Virus record (IMG/VR): IMGVR_UViG_3300027804_000038
Location: 32,001 to 96,000 of that record
DNA length: 64,000 nucleotides
DNA from: a virus
Lineage: Duplodnaviria > Caudoviricetes
Reading direction: 5' to 3' (one strand)
Positions within the stretch are counted from its first letter, which is position 1. Every line of letters starts with the position of its first letter. Both the position numbers and the translations under genes were made by a program. The notes below the pieces were generated by a model. It was given only the letters and a program-made list of their open reading frames with translations. It was not told the origin of the DNA and ran no database searches. Shown in pieces: positions 8,986 to 17,728 of this stretch.

Positions 8986-10497
8986 ATGAGCAAAGAAATA
9001 TTGTCAGAAATAAATAGATTTCGTGAAATTTTAGGTTTATCTCTATTAAAAGAAGCTCCAGCAGGACCAGGTAAATGGTTTATTTCCTCATCAGATGATA
9101 TAACAGGTACATTATCTAAAACAAATGATGAATTTGCTAATGCACTTGATGACATTAGTACTATTTCATCAAAAAGCGTGGATGAAATTAGTGACCCATT
9201 TTTAAAAGAATTTAAAAAATCTATTGATGAAATATCAACCAGTCAAGGTAAAAGTATTGATGAAATATTACAGAATCCTAGATTAAGAGAAATGGTTCAA
9301 CTTAAGTTTGCTAATAAGGTTAAAAACAATTCTGATTTAGTTTCTAAAATGGTTGATTCATTCTATACTAAAAATCCTGCTGCTAAACAATTAGTTAATC
9401 CAAAAAATATTTCTGCAAGTATAGAAAATGCTGTAAGTAAAGGCATTAAAGATTATGATGCTTTAGTTACGGCTTATAATAAAACTATCGATGAATTTGA
9501 AACTGCGAGCGGTGATAAAATACCTGACGTAATTAAAAAAGAAATGAAAGAAAAGGTTAAGAATGAGGTTGAAACCCTTAAAACTAAAAAACCTTTAGAA
9601 AAACAACTTGAAAAAGAGATGGAAAGAGACAAAGATTTGATAGTTACTAATGCTAAAGCTAAGGCTAAGACTGAGGGTAAAGTGTTACCTGACCAAAAAT
9701 TACTTGCGGATAATGCAATGAAAATGTTGAGAGAAAATAAAACACAAAAAGAAATTGAGGATTATTTGGCTAAACAATTTGGAATACCTGCGGAAGAATA
9801 TCGTAACGGATTCCAAAGATTTATGTCTAAGTACGTTGGGTCACCTTTTAATACTGCATTTACTTGGGTTACGGAGCAAGGAGGTAATCTTATAAAATTT
9901 TATGGAGACAGCGGAAAGGGTAATAAACGTTTATGGGCAACATTATCATTACCATTAGTTGGAGCGGCCCTTTATGGAGTATATTTGGCATATGGTGAAT
10001 ATACTGAAGTTGAGGATATTGATAAATATGAAGATAAACTGGCAGGATTTAATGATTTACCGAAAGAAGTAAAAGAATGGGTTGCGGTTAACTACCCATA
10101 TCTTGCCTACAGAGACCCAAAAAACGTATCAACAAATCAATATCTTAAAGATGTGACTTATAAAGAAGACTTATCAGACCCAGATTTCCCAAAATATAGT
10201 ATTATAGTGACATTTGGTGATGGAACAAATAAAGAAGTTACATCTAAAGATAAGGAATTTTGGGAAGCTGCAGTTAAGACTCAAGAGCAAATAGCCGCAG
10301 AAAAAAAGGCGGCTGAAGAAGCGGCTAAAAACAATAACCAAGGACAAAAAACTTTAGACGACTTTAAAAAGAGTGATAAAGGAGCTGGATACGAATCAAC
10401 ATCTATTGAGGTTAGCCCTGGTAAATTCAAACGTAAACCTGAATCTATGACGACCTATACTTGGGACGGAACTAAATTTGTTGGGACTCCTGACTAA
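8986..10497 (+). CDS. 503-aa putative internal virion protein with one TM helix
   Basis: MSKEILSEINRFREILGLSLLKE N-terminal motif; TM segment LWATLSLPLVGAALYGVYLAY; TATTTATA at 8964-8971. Confidence 0.75.
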   Translation: MSKEILSEINRFREILGLSLLKEAPAGPGKWFISSSDDITGTLSKTNDEFANALDDISTISSKSVDEISDPFLKEFKKSIDEISTSQGKSIDEILQNPRLREMVQLKFANKVKNNSDLVSKMVDSFYTKNPAAKQLVNPKNISASIENAVSKGIKDYDALVTAYNKTIDEFETASGDKIPDVIKKEMKEKVKNEVETLKTKKPLEKQLEKEMERDKDLIVTNAKAKAKTEGKVLPDQKLLADNAMKMLRENKTQKEIEDYLAKQFGIPAEEYRNGFQRFMSKYVGSPFNTAFTWVTEQGGNLIKFYGDSGKGNKRLWATLSLPLVGAALYGVYLAYGEYTEVEDIDKYEDKLAGFNDLPKEVKEWVAVNYPYLAYRDPKNVSTNQYLKDVTYKEDLSDPDFPKYSIIVTFGDGTNKEVTSKDKEFWEAAVKTQEQIAAEKKAAEEAAKNNNQGQKTLDDFKKSDKGAGYESTSIEVSPGKFKRKPESMTTYTWDGTKFVGTPD

Positions 10498-10516
10498 TAA
10501 ATATTTTTATTAAATT

Positions 10517-12505
10517 ATGATTATTTTAGAGCAAGTAACAATAGAGGCAGACGAAGTAGAAGCCTATGAAGATAAAGGTTGGACTGTTAAAAAAGAAAAC
10601 GGTAAGTATGTCGCATATCCTAAAAGTGATAAAAAGTCTGGAGAAACTGAAATAGAAAAAGATGAAGTTGAGTCTTACGAAGACAATGGGTATACTGTAA
10701 GAAAAGGTTCTGATGGGAAATTCTACGCAAAAAAGAAAAAAGAAGATAAGAAAGACGAAAAACCAAAGGAAGATAAGAAAGACGAAAAACCAAAGGAAGA
10801 TAAGAAAGACGAAAAAACTGGCTCAAAATCAAAATATCCATATCCAGCAAACCAAAATGAAGGTGACGCATTTAGAAAATGGATGTCTGAAAACCACAGT
10901 GATTTCAAAAGTGATAAATGTGAGGGGGGAGGACTTTCATATAAAGAAGGTAAAAAATATTCATATACTAACAATTGTATAAAGGCGGCTTGGGACATGT
11001 ATGGAGATTTGTTTAAAGATGGAGCCCCTTCTTCAGACAATAAAACTCAAGATAAAACTCAAGATAAAACTCAAGATAAAACTGGTGACGGAACTAGAAT
11101 TACACCAAAAGTAATTTGTGATTGGGATAGTCAGTATGATAATATTTTTGTTAAAAGAAATTCAGCTAATCCTGAAGGAGAGGCTGTTAAATTTCATGAT
11201 TATGTAATTGATAATATTCCTGATTATTATAATTTTAAAAATAAATTCGAGTCCAACTGTAATAAAAAAGTTCAGGATTTAAGAAAGGAAGGTAAGTTAC
11301 ATAATAGTGGTTTGATGTACATGCTTTATACTCGAAAGGCAGTTAAAGGAAATAGTGTTAGAACTCCATGGGAATTTTATTTAAGCAGTTTATCAGGAAA
11401 AGACACTAATGTGTCTGGTACTTATGAAAAAATGACGAACGACAGTCAAAGTGAAAAAGAAGATAGTAAACAGACTAACAATACTAAACTAACCGATAAT
11501 GATATTAAACAATCATTAAGTTCAAACTCTGCGGTTAGCCAATTATTCACTGACTCAAAATACACTTATAATTCAGCAACAAGTGCTGAAAGATTTGGTA
11601 AAACAAACTGCGGAGATTTTTTAGATAGATATATCAAACTAGGTAATCAAGTAATGTCTGACGACTTTGAAAATAGTCAGGGATACTTGTCGGCGTTAAA
11701 AAAAATGAAGTCAACCGTAGTTGCTTGTGTTAAGTTGTTGAAACCTGATGATAAAGACAGAAAAAATTATGAGAAAGATTTATTAATGGTTACAAACAAA
11801 GATTGGAAAATAAATACAGACTATCCTGATAGACCTGTGCAAGAATCAATAATAAGAAAAAAACTCATGGAAATTAAAAATAACAAACCAATTAAAGAAT
11901 CAATTAAGAAAAGATTAGTTGAGAGACATATTGATAAGAAAAATTCAATATTAAAGGTTCAATATAAGTTAGAGATAATCTCAGAAGATTTCCAAAAACA
12001 AAACTACAGAAAATTCTTCACAAATTTATCTAAATTGGCAAATGCTTATAATAATTCTAAAATAGGATTAAATGAATCTGTTGATGAAACATTTAGTAAA
12101 GCATTTAACATGGTGTTTAACGGAAGTGAGTCAGAGGCTAAAGAAAAAGCGATAGACTATTTCATTAATAAAATGCAGGCAAGTGGACCTGTTGCTGATA
12201 ATATAAGAAATGAATTATCCCTAATATCAGACAAAGATGTTAGTTTATTATTTACTGACCCTGATATGGTTGCAGAAAAAATTGCAGATGCCGTACTTCA
12301 ATCAGGTAAACAAGAATCGTCATCTGATGATGGAACATTAATGTCGGCGGTTAGTGTAACCTTTCAGGAAGCATTACCTGAAAAGAAAGGAAAACTTGTA
12401 AATAGAATTAAAAATTTAATTACACCAACACAATCCAAATTACAAGGAAATGTAACAGGTGTTGCAGATTCACTTAAAAGTAAGTTTTTAGAGTTAGTTA
12501 AATAA
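10517..12505 (+). CDS. 662-aa modular putative internal virion protein
   Basis: MIILE start, two copies of a ~28-aa module, charged repeats, internal IKE/LNE sites. Confidence 0.75.
   Translation: MIILEQVTIEADEVEAYEDKGWTVKKENGKYVAYPKSDKKSGETEIEKDEVESYEDNGYTVRKGSDGKFYAKKKKEDKKDEKPKEDKKDEKPKEDKKDEKTGSKSKYPYPANQNEGDAFRKWMSENHSDFKSDKCEGGGLSYKEGKKYSYTNNCIKAAWDMYGDLFKDGAPSSDNKTQDKTQDKTQDKTGDGTRITPKVICDWDSQYDNIFVKRNSANPEGEAVKFHDYVIDNIPDYYNFKNKFESNCNKKVQDLRKEGKLHNSGLMYMLYTRKAVKGNSVRTPWEFYLSSLSGKDTNVSGTYEKMTNDSQSEKEDSKQTNNTKLTDNDIKQSLSSNSAVSQLFTDSKYTYNSATSAERFGKTNCGDFLDRYIKLGNQVMSDDFENSQGYLSALKKMKSTVVACVKLLKPDDKDRKNYEKDLLMVTNKDWKINTDYPDRPVQESIIRKKLMEIKNNKPIKESIKKRLVERHIDKKNSILKVQYKLEIISEDFQKQNYRKFFTNLSKLANAYNNSKIGLNESVDETFSKAFNMVFNGSESEAKEKAIDYFINKMQASGPVADNIRNELSLISDKDVSLLFTDPDMVAEKIADAVLQSGKQESSSDDGTLMSAVSVTFQEALPEKKGKLVNRIKNLITPTQSKLQGNVTGVADSLKSKFLELVK
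10742..10816 (+). repeat. 27-bp tandem repeat (2.8 copies) encoding EDKKDEKPK
   Basis: gaagataagaaagacgaaaaaccaaag x2 plus a 21-bp partial copy. Confidence 0.95.
11039..11083 (+). repeat. 12-bp tandem repeat (~3.7 copies) encoding DKTQ
   Basis: (g/a)ataaaactcaa repeated. Confidence 0.9.
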
Positions 12506-12507
12506 CT

Positions 12508-12996
12508 CTAAAAACCACTTTTAAATTCCTCCCAAGCGGATAATAACTCTTTACCCATAATGTCTGAGAACATTGTAGGTTCTGATGGATGAACTGACCT
12601 CATTCCCGCTTCTTCAGGAGTTCTATCACCTTTTTTTGTATTACATTTTGAACAACATGTTACCATGTTTGTCCATGTATTTCTACCACCTCTTGACTTT
12701 GGTAATACGTGGTCAATGGTCAAATTTCTCGGAAACCCACAATATACACATTTATGACCGTCCCTTTTAAGAATTCTACTTCTCGTAATAGATATTCTTC
12801 TAATTTTATAACTAACATAAGTTAATAATCGAATTATTACAGGACGGTAAAAAATACCAAAAGAGGTACTTATTGGGTTACCTTCAGATTTTATAACTTC
12901 AGCTTTGCCTTTGAATACCAAGTTAAACCCTCTTTTGAAGGTTGTGATATTAATAGGCGAATAATCTGAATTAAGTACTAATACTCCTGTTCTCAT
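12508..12996 (-). CDS. HNH endonuclease (McrA/HNH_5-like)
   Basis: Start moved to MRTGVLVLN at 12996; RDGHKCVYCG, TIDHVLPKSRGG, CCSKCNTKK motifs. Confidence 0.9.
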   Translation of the reverse strand: MRTGVLVLNSDYSPINITTFKRGFNLVFKGKAEVIKSEGNPISTSFGIFYRPVIIRLLTYVSYKIRRISITRSRILKRDGHKCVYCGFPRNLTIDHVLPKSRGGRNTWTNMVTCCSKCNTKKGDRTPEEAGMRSVHPSEPTMFSDIMGKELLSAWEEFKSGF

Positions 12997-13068
12997 TTTA
13001 AAAAAATAATTTAATAGCAAATATACTATAAAATTGATAAAAAACAAAATATACCATATTATTACAGT

Positions 13069-13281
13069 ATGAATGAATTAATTAAAGATAAAATAAATAA
13101 ATCACATTATTATAAATTTAAAGGTACAATACCTGAAGGGTTTGTTTTAGTTCACGAATTAGTATTGGAAGATTTAAAAGACTTTGATAATTGGAAAGAT
13201 TTTAAATATGATGAAAATTATATTGAAAATAAAACAATTGAAAAAGTTTTGTCTGAAGATTTTGAAAATGGGAAAATCTGA
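13069..13281 (+). CDS. Hypothetical protein
   Basis: 70-aa ORF, A-rich start context. Confidence 0.6.
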   Translation: MNELIKDKINKSHYYKFKGTIPEGFVLVHELVLEDLKDFDNWKDFKYDENYIENKTIEKVLSEDFENGKI

Positions 13282-13283
13282 TA

Positions 13284-13291
13284 TATATTTG
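13284..13291 (+). promoter_or_regulatory. Bacteroidota-type -7 promoter box TATATTTG
   Basis: Matches TAnnTTTG; 4 nt before the ATG at 13296, upstream of the tRNA pair. Confidence 0.5.
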
Positions 13292-13295
13292 TACC

Positions 13296-13502
13296 ATGAA
13301 TACGGAAATTGAAAATCTAATTGAGAGTGGTTCATTGTCTGAACCTGAAATTTTTGACTTTATATATGTTTATAAAAAATTTGTTGATTGTGAACTCTTT
13401 AGTAAAAACGATTTTGAAAAATACTTAACAAAATTAGGTATTGAGTGGGATGGGGGTAATAGTTTTAAAATATCGGATACTGTAGAATATATTTTAAATT
13501 AA
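13296..13502 (+). CDS. Hypothetical protein
   Basis: 68-aa ORF ending just before the tRNAs. Confidence 0.6.
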   Translation: MNTEIENLIESGSLSEPEIFDFIYVYKKFVDCELFSKNDFEKYLTKLGIEWDGGNSFKISDTVEYILN

Positions 13503-13508
13503 TTTTAA

Positions 13509-13582
13509 GCGCCTTTAGCTCAGTCGGTTAGAGCAAATGACTCATAATCATTAGGTCGTAGGTTCGAGCCCTACATGGCGCA
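13509..13582 (+). tRNA. tRNA with CAU anticodon, probably Ile2 (lysidine-modified) rather than Met
   Basis: Cloverleaf: acceptor GCGCCTT/ATGGCGC, D GCTC/GAGC, anticodon stem AATGA-CTCATAA-TCATT, T GTAGG-TTCGAGC-CCTAC. C4:G69, C5:G68 and the GA-CTCATAA-TC context resemble E. coli Ile2. CCA is not encoded. Confidence 0.9.
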
Positions 13583-13587
13583 CAAAT

Positions 13588-13664
13588 GTCTCCGTAGCTC
13601 AGCTGGATAGAGCAACAACCTTCTAAGTTGTGGGTCACAGGTTCGAATCCTGTCGGGGATACCA
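13588..13664 (+). tRNA. tRNA-Arg (UCU)
   Basis: Cloverleaf with ACAAC-CTTCTAA-GTTGT anticodon arm, A20, T arm ACAGG-TTCGAAT-CCTGT, encoded CCA. Confidence 0.95.
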
Positions 13665-13666
13665 AA

Positions 13667-13700
13667 AAGGGTGTGATAAACTTCACACCCTTATTTTTTT
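13667..13700 (+). terminator. Intrinsic terminator after the tRNAs
   Basis: aagggtgtga-taaact-tcacaccctt followed by a T tract. Confidence 0.85.
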
Positions 13701-13716
13701 TTATTATATTACATAT

Positions 13717-14646
13717 ATGAAAATTATTGTAACAGGAGGAGCAGGGTTTATTGGCTCAAGCTTCATTAATTATTTAAAAGAAAACTACACATGTGATATT
13801 TTATGTGTAGATAAGTTAACTTATTGTGCTAACAAGGATAATATAAAATATCCTGTGGAATTTTTGGAAAAGGATATTTGTGATGTTACATCCGAAGATT
13901 TAGGAGATTTCGACTACATTGTTAATTTTGCAGCTGAGACACACGTTGATAACTCAATATCTGACGGTAAACCATTTATTAAATCAAATGTTGAGGGAGT
14001 ATTTAATCTAATCGAGATATCAAGGAAAAATTCAAATCTTAAAAAATTTATCCAAATTTCAACGGACGAAGTTTATGGTGACATGTCCGATTACGGTGTT
14101 GGGGTATTATCTACTGAAGAATTTGATTTAAAACCTAGCTCATATTATTCAGCATCAAAGGCATCTGCTGACTTTTTAGTACAGTCTGCTAATAGAACTT
14201 ATGGATTACCTTACCTAATAACAAGAACATGTAATAATTTTGGTGAGCATCAATTCCATGAAAAATTTCTACCTAAAATTCATAGATGTATTCAGGAAGA
14301 AACAAAAATACCTTTATATGGTGATGGGTCACATGTTAGGGAATGGATACATGTTAAGGATAATGTTAAATTTATTGCGTTATTAATGTTTAACAATAAC
14401 GTAATAAACGAAGTGGTTAATATCGGCTCTGGAATTAAGTATTCAAATAGAAGAATAATTGAAATAATTGGAGAAAATCTATTTCCAAAATACCCTAAAT
14501 TTGAATATGTTCCTGATAGACTTGGACATGATAAAGTTTACTCATTAAATTCATCAAAATTAAAAAACATATTAAAAGAAATGGGAGAATCATATACCAT
14601 TTACCATATATTACATTATTTTTATGATTTGTATGGTGAAAAGTAA
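13717..14646 (+). CDS. rmlB: dTDP-glucose 4,6-dehydratase
   Basis: True start MKIIVTGGAGFIGS at 13717; FAAETHVDNS, STDEVYG, YSASKAS, TRTCNNFG, DRLGHD motifs. Confidence 0.95.
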   Translation: MKIIVTGGAGFIGSSFINYLKENYTCDILCVDKLTYCANKDNIKYPVEFLEKDICDVTSEDLGDFDYIVNFAAETHVDNSISDGKPFIKSNVEGVFNLIEISRKNSNLKKFIQISTDEVYGDMSDYGVGVLSTEEFDLKPSSYYSASKASADFLVQSANRTYGLPYLITRTCNNFGEHQFHEKFLPKIHRCIQEETKIPLYGDGSHVREWIHVKDNVKFIALLMFNNNVINEVVNIGSGIKYSNRRIIEIIGENLFPKYPKFEYVPDRLGHDKVYSLNSSKLKNILKEMGESYTIYHILHYFYDLYGEK

Positions 14647-14670
14647 AATTTGTCGATATTATTAAAAAAT

Positions 14671-14700
14671 AAAGGGACATTAGTCCCTTTTTATTTTTTT
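14671..14700 (+). terminator. Intrinsic terminator
   Basis: aaagggac-atta-gtcccttt with flanking A/T tracts. Confidence 0.8.
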
Positions 14701-14744
14701 TAATATTTATAAAACAGTTAACTAAATTATCTAATCTAACGAAT

Positions 14745-15362
14745 GTGGGAGAACAATTAATTATCACCATAATAACGTCAATAACTTCAATATTTGTGGC
14801 GTTAATAACTGCGGGAGTTTTCAGAAAAATAATGGATAAGAAAAAAGATGAAAACTCAAAGAAAAGACTAATAAAGCAAATTGAAAAAGATGAATTAATT
14901 CATTTTACATTAAGGGAAGTAAGAAGAAAATATAACGCAGATAGATTATATTTGATACAATTCCATAATGGTGGAAGTTTCTACACCAACTCACCAATGC
15001 AAAAAGCTTCGGTAACATATGAAAGATGTTCTGATGGGTTAGAAAGAGTATCTGAAAAACTACAAAATATTTTTGTTAGTCACTACACATGGTTCATTAA
15101 ACATTCAATAGACAAACAAATGTTTTATTTAAATTGTGAAGATATTGAAGATGTTACAACTAAGGCATTATTAAGAAAATTTGGGACCCAATCAACCGCT
15201 TCTTTACCAATATATGACAATAATAATCAACTAATTTCAATTATGGTATTAGATTGGGTTTTTAGTGAGATTGGGGAACATTATATTGATAATGATAATT
15301 TCAATCAACACTTTATTGAAGAATTTATATTAGATGTTGATTCAGTAAAAAATCTATTATAA
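14745..15362 (+). CDS. N-terminal TM plus GAF-like domain protein (T4 holin T-like architecture)
   Basis: GTG start; TM aa 4-26; ADRLYLIQFHNG...S.TYE...SLPIYD GAF-like pattern. Confidence 0.6.
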   Translation: MGEQLIITIITSITSIFVALITAGVFRKIMDKKKDENSKKRLIKQIEKDELIHFTLREVRRKYNADRLYLIQFHNGGSFYTNSPMQKASVTYERCSDGLERVSEKLQNIFVSHYTWFIKHSIDKQMFYLNCEDIEDVTTKALLRKFGTQSTASLPIYDNNNQLISIMVLDWVFSEIGEHYIDNDNFNQHFIEEFILDVDSVKNLL

Positions 15363-16115
15363 AAATCCGTTACTCATTCTTCCACTGTGTGATGAAATCC
15401 CATAAAGTTTTTCATTGGTCATAGATACTAGTATTGTTTCTCCCTCGCTAGCATTTTGAGCCCTTTCAGATGACACTCTATCGTCATCAGAACTTAATAA
15501 TATTGTTAAAGGGTCTTTTGTTATTTGATTAAGTAAACGACTACCAATTTCGTGGTCAACTTCTACAAGTTCAATTTGTTGGAATAGTTTATTATTAACA
15601 CTGGCGTATTCGTATATTGTTACTTCGTATGTATCATAATCTTCTATTTCTCCAGTTCCATCACATGTTTCACAATCAACTGTCCCTGTGCCGTCACACC
15701 ATTTACATGACAATGTACCGTCTCCATCACACTCACCACAAGAATCTCCATCTTCATCTTCACCAGTCCCATCACATGTGTTACAATCAGATTGACCGTT
15801 ATTACAATCGTGACAATCTTCACTTCCTTGTCCATAACAATCATCACATTCATCACTTGTAAAATTAGTATTTACCTCCATAGTTTTAAATGCGAATATA
15901 TTTGATTCTACAAATTTTAATGCGGATACAGGTTCTTTACCTAAATTAATTAGATAAGTTAAAAAACATAATTTAAGAGAATTAAAAGGTCCGAGTCCTT
16001 GAACCATTTGTTTACCAAAAGAATCATGGATTAAATAATTATATATGTCATCTGGAGTTTTTCCTCGAAATTTATTATCTGCGAATTTTTTTGATAAACT
16101 TATTATTTTTTCCAT
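15357..16115 (-). CDS. Protein with six DnaJ-type CxxCxGxG zinc-finger repeats and no J-domain
   Basis: CDDCYGQG, CHDCNNG, CNTCDGTG, CGECDGDG, CKWCDGTG, CETCDGTG; no HPD motif. Confidence 0.8.
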   Translation of the reverse strand: MEKIISLSKKFADNKFRGKTPDDIYNYLIHDSFGKQMVQGLGPFNSLKLCFLTYLINLGKEPVSALKFVESNIFAFKTMEVNTNFTSDECDDCYGQGSEDCHDCNNGQSDCNTCDGTGEDEDGDSCGECDGDGTLSCKWCDGTGTVDCETCDGTGEIEDYDTYEVTIYEYASVNNKLFQQIELVEVDHEIGSRLLNQITKDPLTILLSSDDDRVSSERAQNASEGETILVSMTNEKLYGISSHSGRMSNGFL

Positions 16116-16147
16116 AGTATTTATATGATAAATATTAATTCATACAA

Positions 16148-17728
16148 ATGAATAATAAAAAAGTTTTAAACGAAATTAATAGAAATCGTAAAATCATGGG
16201 ATTAGATTTGATAGAATCGTCTAATGAGAATGCGAATTCATTTAGAAATCATTTAAGTGGTTTAGGATATAAATCAAAATCTAACATGGATGATGGGGGT
16301 GATTTAAATCCAAAATTCACTTCTTATATTAAATTAGTATCTTCCGAATTAAAAAAACAATTACCTGATTTAAAATTTATTTTTGGTGCAGGACATGACA
16401 AATGGCACAAAAAATTCGGTAAATCTAGACATAATGATGGCAGAGCAATTGATATTACAATATTAAAGAACGGAGATAAATATGTTTCAGAAAAAGATAA
16501 AGATATTCTTGACGCAGTATCAATGGTACTATGTAAAATGAGAAAAAATCTTATCGGATTTACTTTTATAGATGAATACAGATTCCCAAGTGCTGGCTCC
16601 ACTGGAGGACACTACCACCTTTCTTTTTCAGAGAATAATAAAGATGAACACACATCTACACCAAAATTTTGTGGGACTCTAAAATTAGATTCTAAATTTA
16701 AATTTGATTTTGGTAAAGATACTGATAAGACCGAAAGAAAAAAAGAAAAAGAAACGTCAGAACCAAGTGTAATAGACAAACTATTGGATACTTTTGGATT
16801 AAAAGAACTTTCAGATGTTGACACCGATAATCCCGACACTTTCATAAATAAAGTTAAAGATGTTTTTGGCGACGATAGTGTTGAGGATGATAATGGTGAT
16901 TTTACAATTTTGGGTATTGGGTTAGAAGATATGGTATCTGCGGCTAAAAAACTATTTGGAGAAAGTGTTAATAATAGAAAAATATTAACCGAGAAAGAGT
17001 CTAAAGTTTTAAATAAATTTAGCGGTGATATCCAAAACGGACCAAAATACCATGGGTCAAGACCTTTAGGAAATTGGCAATCAGATAATGCTTGGGATTT
17101 ATTTGCCCCTGCAAACACACAGTGGAATTCAATAACTAAAGGTAAAGTCACTAAAGTCTATAATACAGGTAAAAAGATAGGAAAGATATATGGTACACAA
17201 GTTTCTGTCCAAGGAATGGATGGGTTTCCTGATATATTTTATACTCACTTGAAAGATGTTACAGTAGAACCTGGAGACATTGTAGATATTGGAACACCAG
17301 TTGGTAAAGTGTCTGAATGGGGGTTGAGTAAATCAACTCATGTTCACGTAGGACTTCCATATGGCGAGCATATTCAAGACTTATTATCTTCAGACTATAA
17401 TAAACCTAAAGGTGGGTCAGGTTCATTTTTTGACTTTAGTAAAGATGAGGATGAAACTAAGACAACTAAAAAAGAGCCTGATTTAATTGATAAATTATTA
17501 GATACTTTTGGTATTAAATCAATTTCGGATATTGAAACTGAGAAAGATTCTGAAGATTTTGCAAACAAAGTCTCTACTGTTTTTGGGGATGACAAAGTTT
17601 CAAAGAAAGATGATAATAGTTTTGAAATATTTGGATATAGTTTAGACGAATTAATCGATAAAGCCAAATCTTTGTTTGAACAAAGATTAAATGAAGAAAT
17701 AAATAAAATGAAAAAACCCCTTAAATAA
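16148..17728 (+). CDS. Two-domain cell-wall peptidase: M15-like domain plus M23-like domain, each followed by a homologous ~68-aa module
   Basis: SRHNDGRAID...GGHYHLS (M15/LAS); NAWDLFAP...FYTHL...GDIV..GTPVG...HVHVG (M23); duplicated IDKLLDTFG...VFGDD modules. Confidence 0.8.
   Translation: MNNKKVLNEINRNRKIMGLDLIESSNENANSFRNHLSGLGYKSKSNMDDGGDLNPKFTSYIKLVSSELKKQLPDLKFIFGAGHDKWHKKFGKSRHNDGRAIDITILKNGDKYVSEKDKDILDAVSMVLCKMRKNLIGFTFIDEYRFPSAGSTGGHYHLSFSENNKDEHTSTPKFCGTLKLDSKFKFDFGKDTDKTERKKEKETSEPSVIDKLLDTFGLKELSDVDTDNPDTFINKVKDVFGDDSVEDDNGDFTILGIGLEDMVSAAKKLFGESVNNRKILTEKESKVLNKFSGDIQNGPKYHGSRPLGNWQSDNAWDLFAPANTQWNSITKGKVTKVYNTGKKIGKIYGTQVSVQGMDGFPDIFYTHLKDVTVEPGDIVDIGTPVGKVSEWGLSKSTHVHVGLPYGEHIQDLLSSDYNKPKGGSGSFFDFSKDEDETKTTKKEPDLIDKLLDTFGIKSISDIETEKDSEDFANKVSTVFGDDKVSKKDDNSFEIFGYSLDELIDKAKSLFEQRLNEEINKMKKPLK

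Noticed and set aside
10742-11083. Short direct repeats as a possible CRISPR array
   Set aside because: Repeats are adjacent with no spacers, are multiples of 3 nt and encode charged linkers inside a CDS; no cas genes.
12508-12996. HNH as a tRNA-locus homing endonuclease or a defence system
   Set aside because: Widespread stand-alone McrA-like family; no intron context or partner genes; proximity to tRNAs alone is weak evidence.
13630-13716. N-terminal extension of rmlB in the ORF track
   Set aside because: Overlaps tRNA-Arg and a terminator; the Rossmann motif starts at the ATG at 13717.
14743-14760. Out-of-frame ATG just before the GTG start of the GAF protein as a frameshift
   Set aside because: An in-frame GTG start gives a complete TM + GAF protein; no slippery site or other support.
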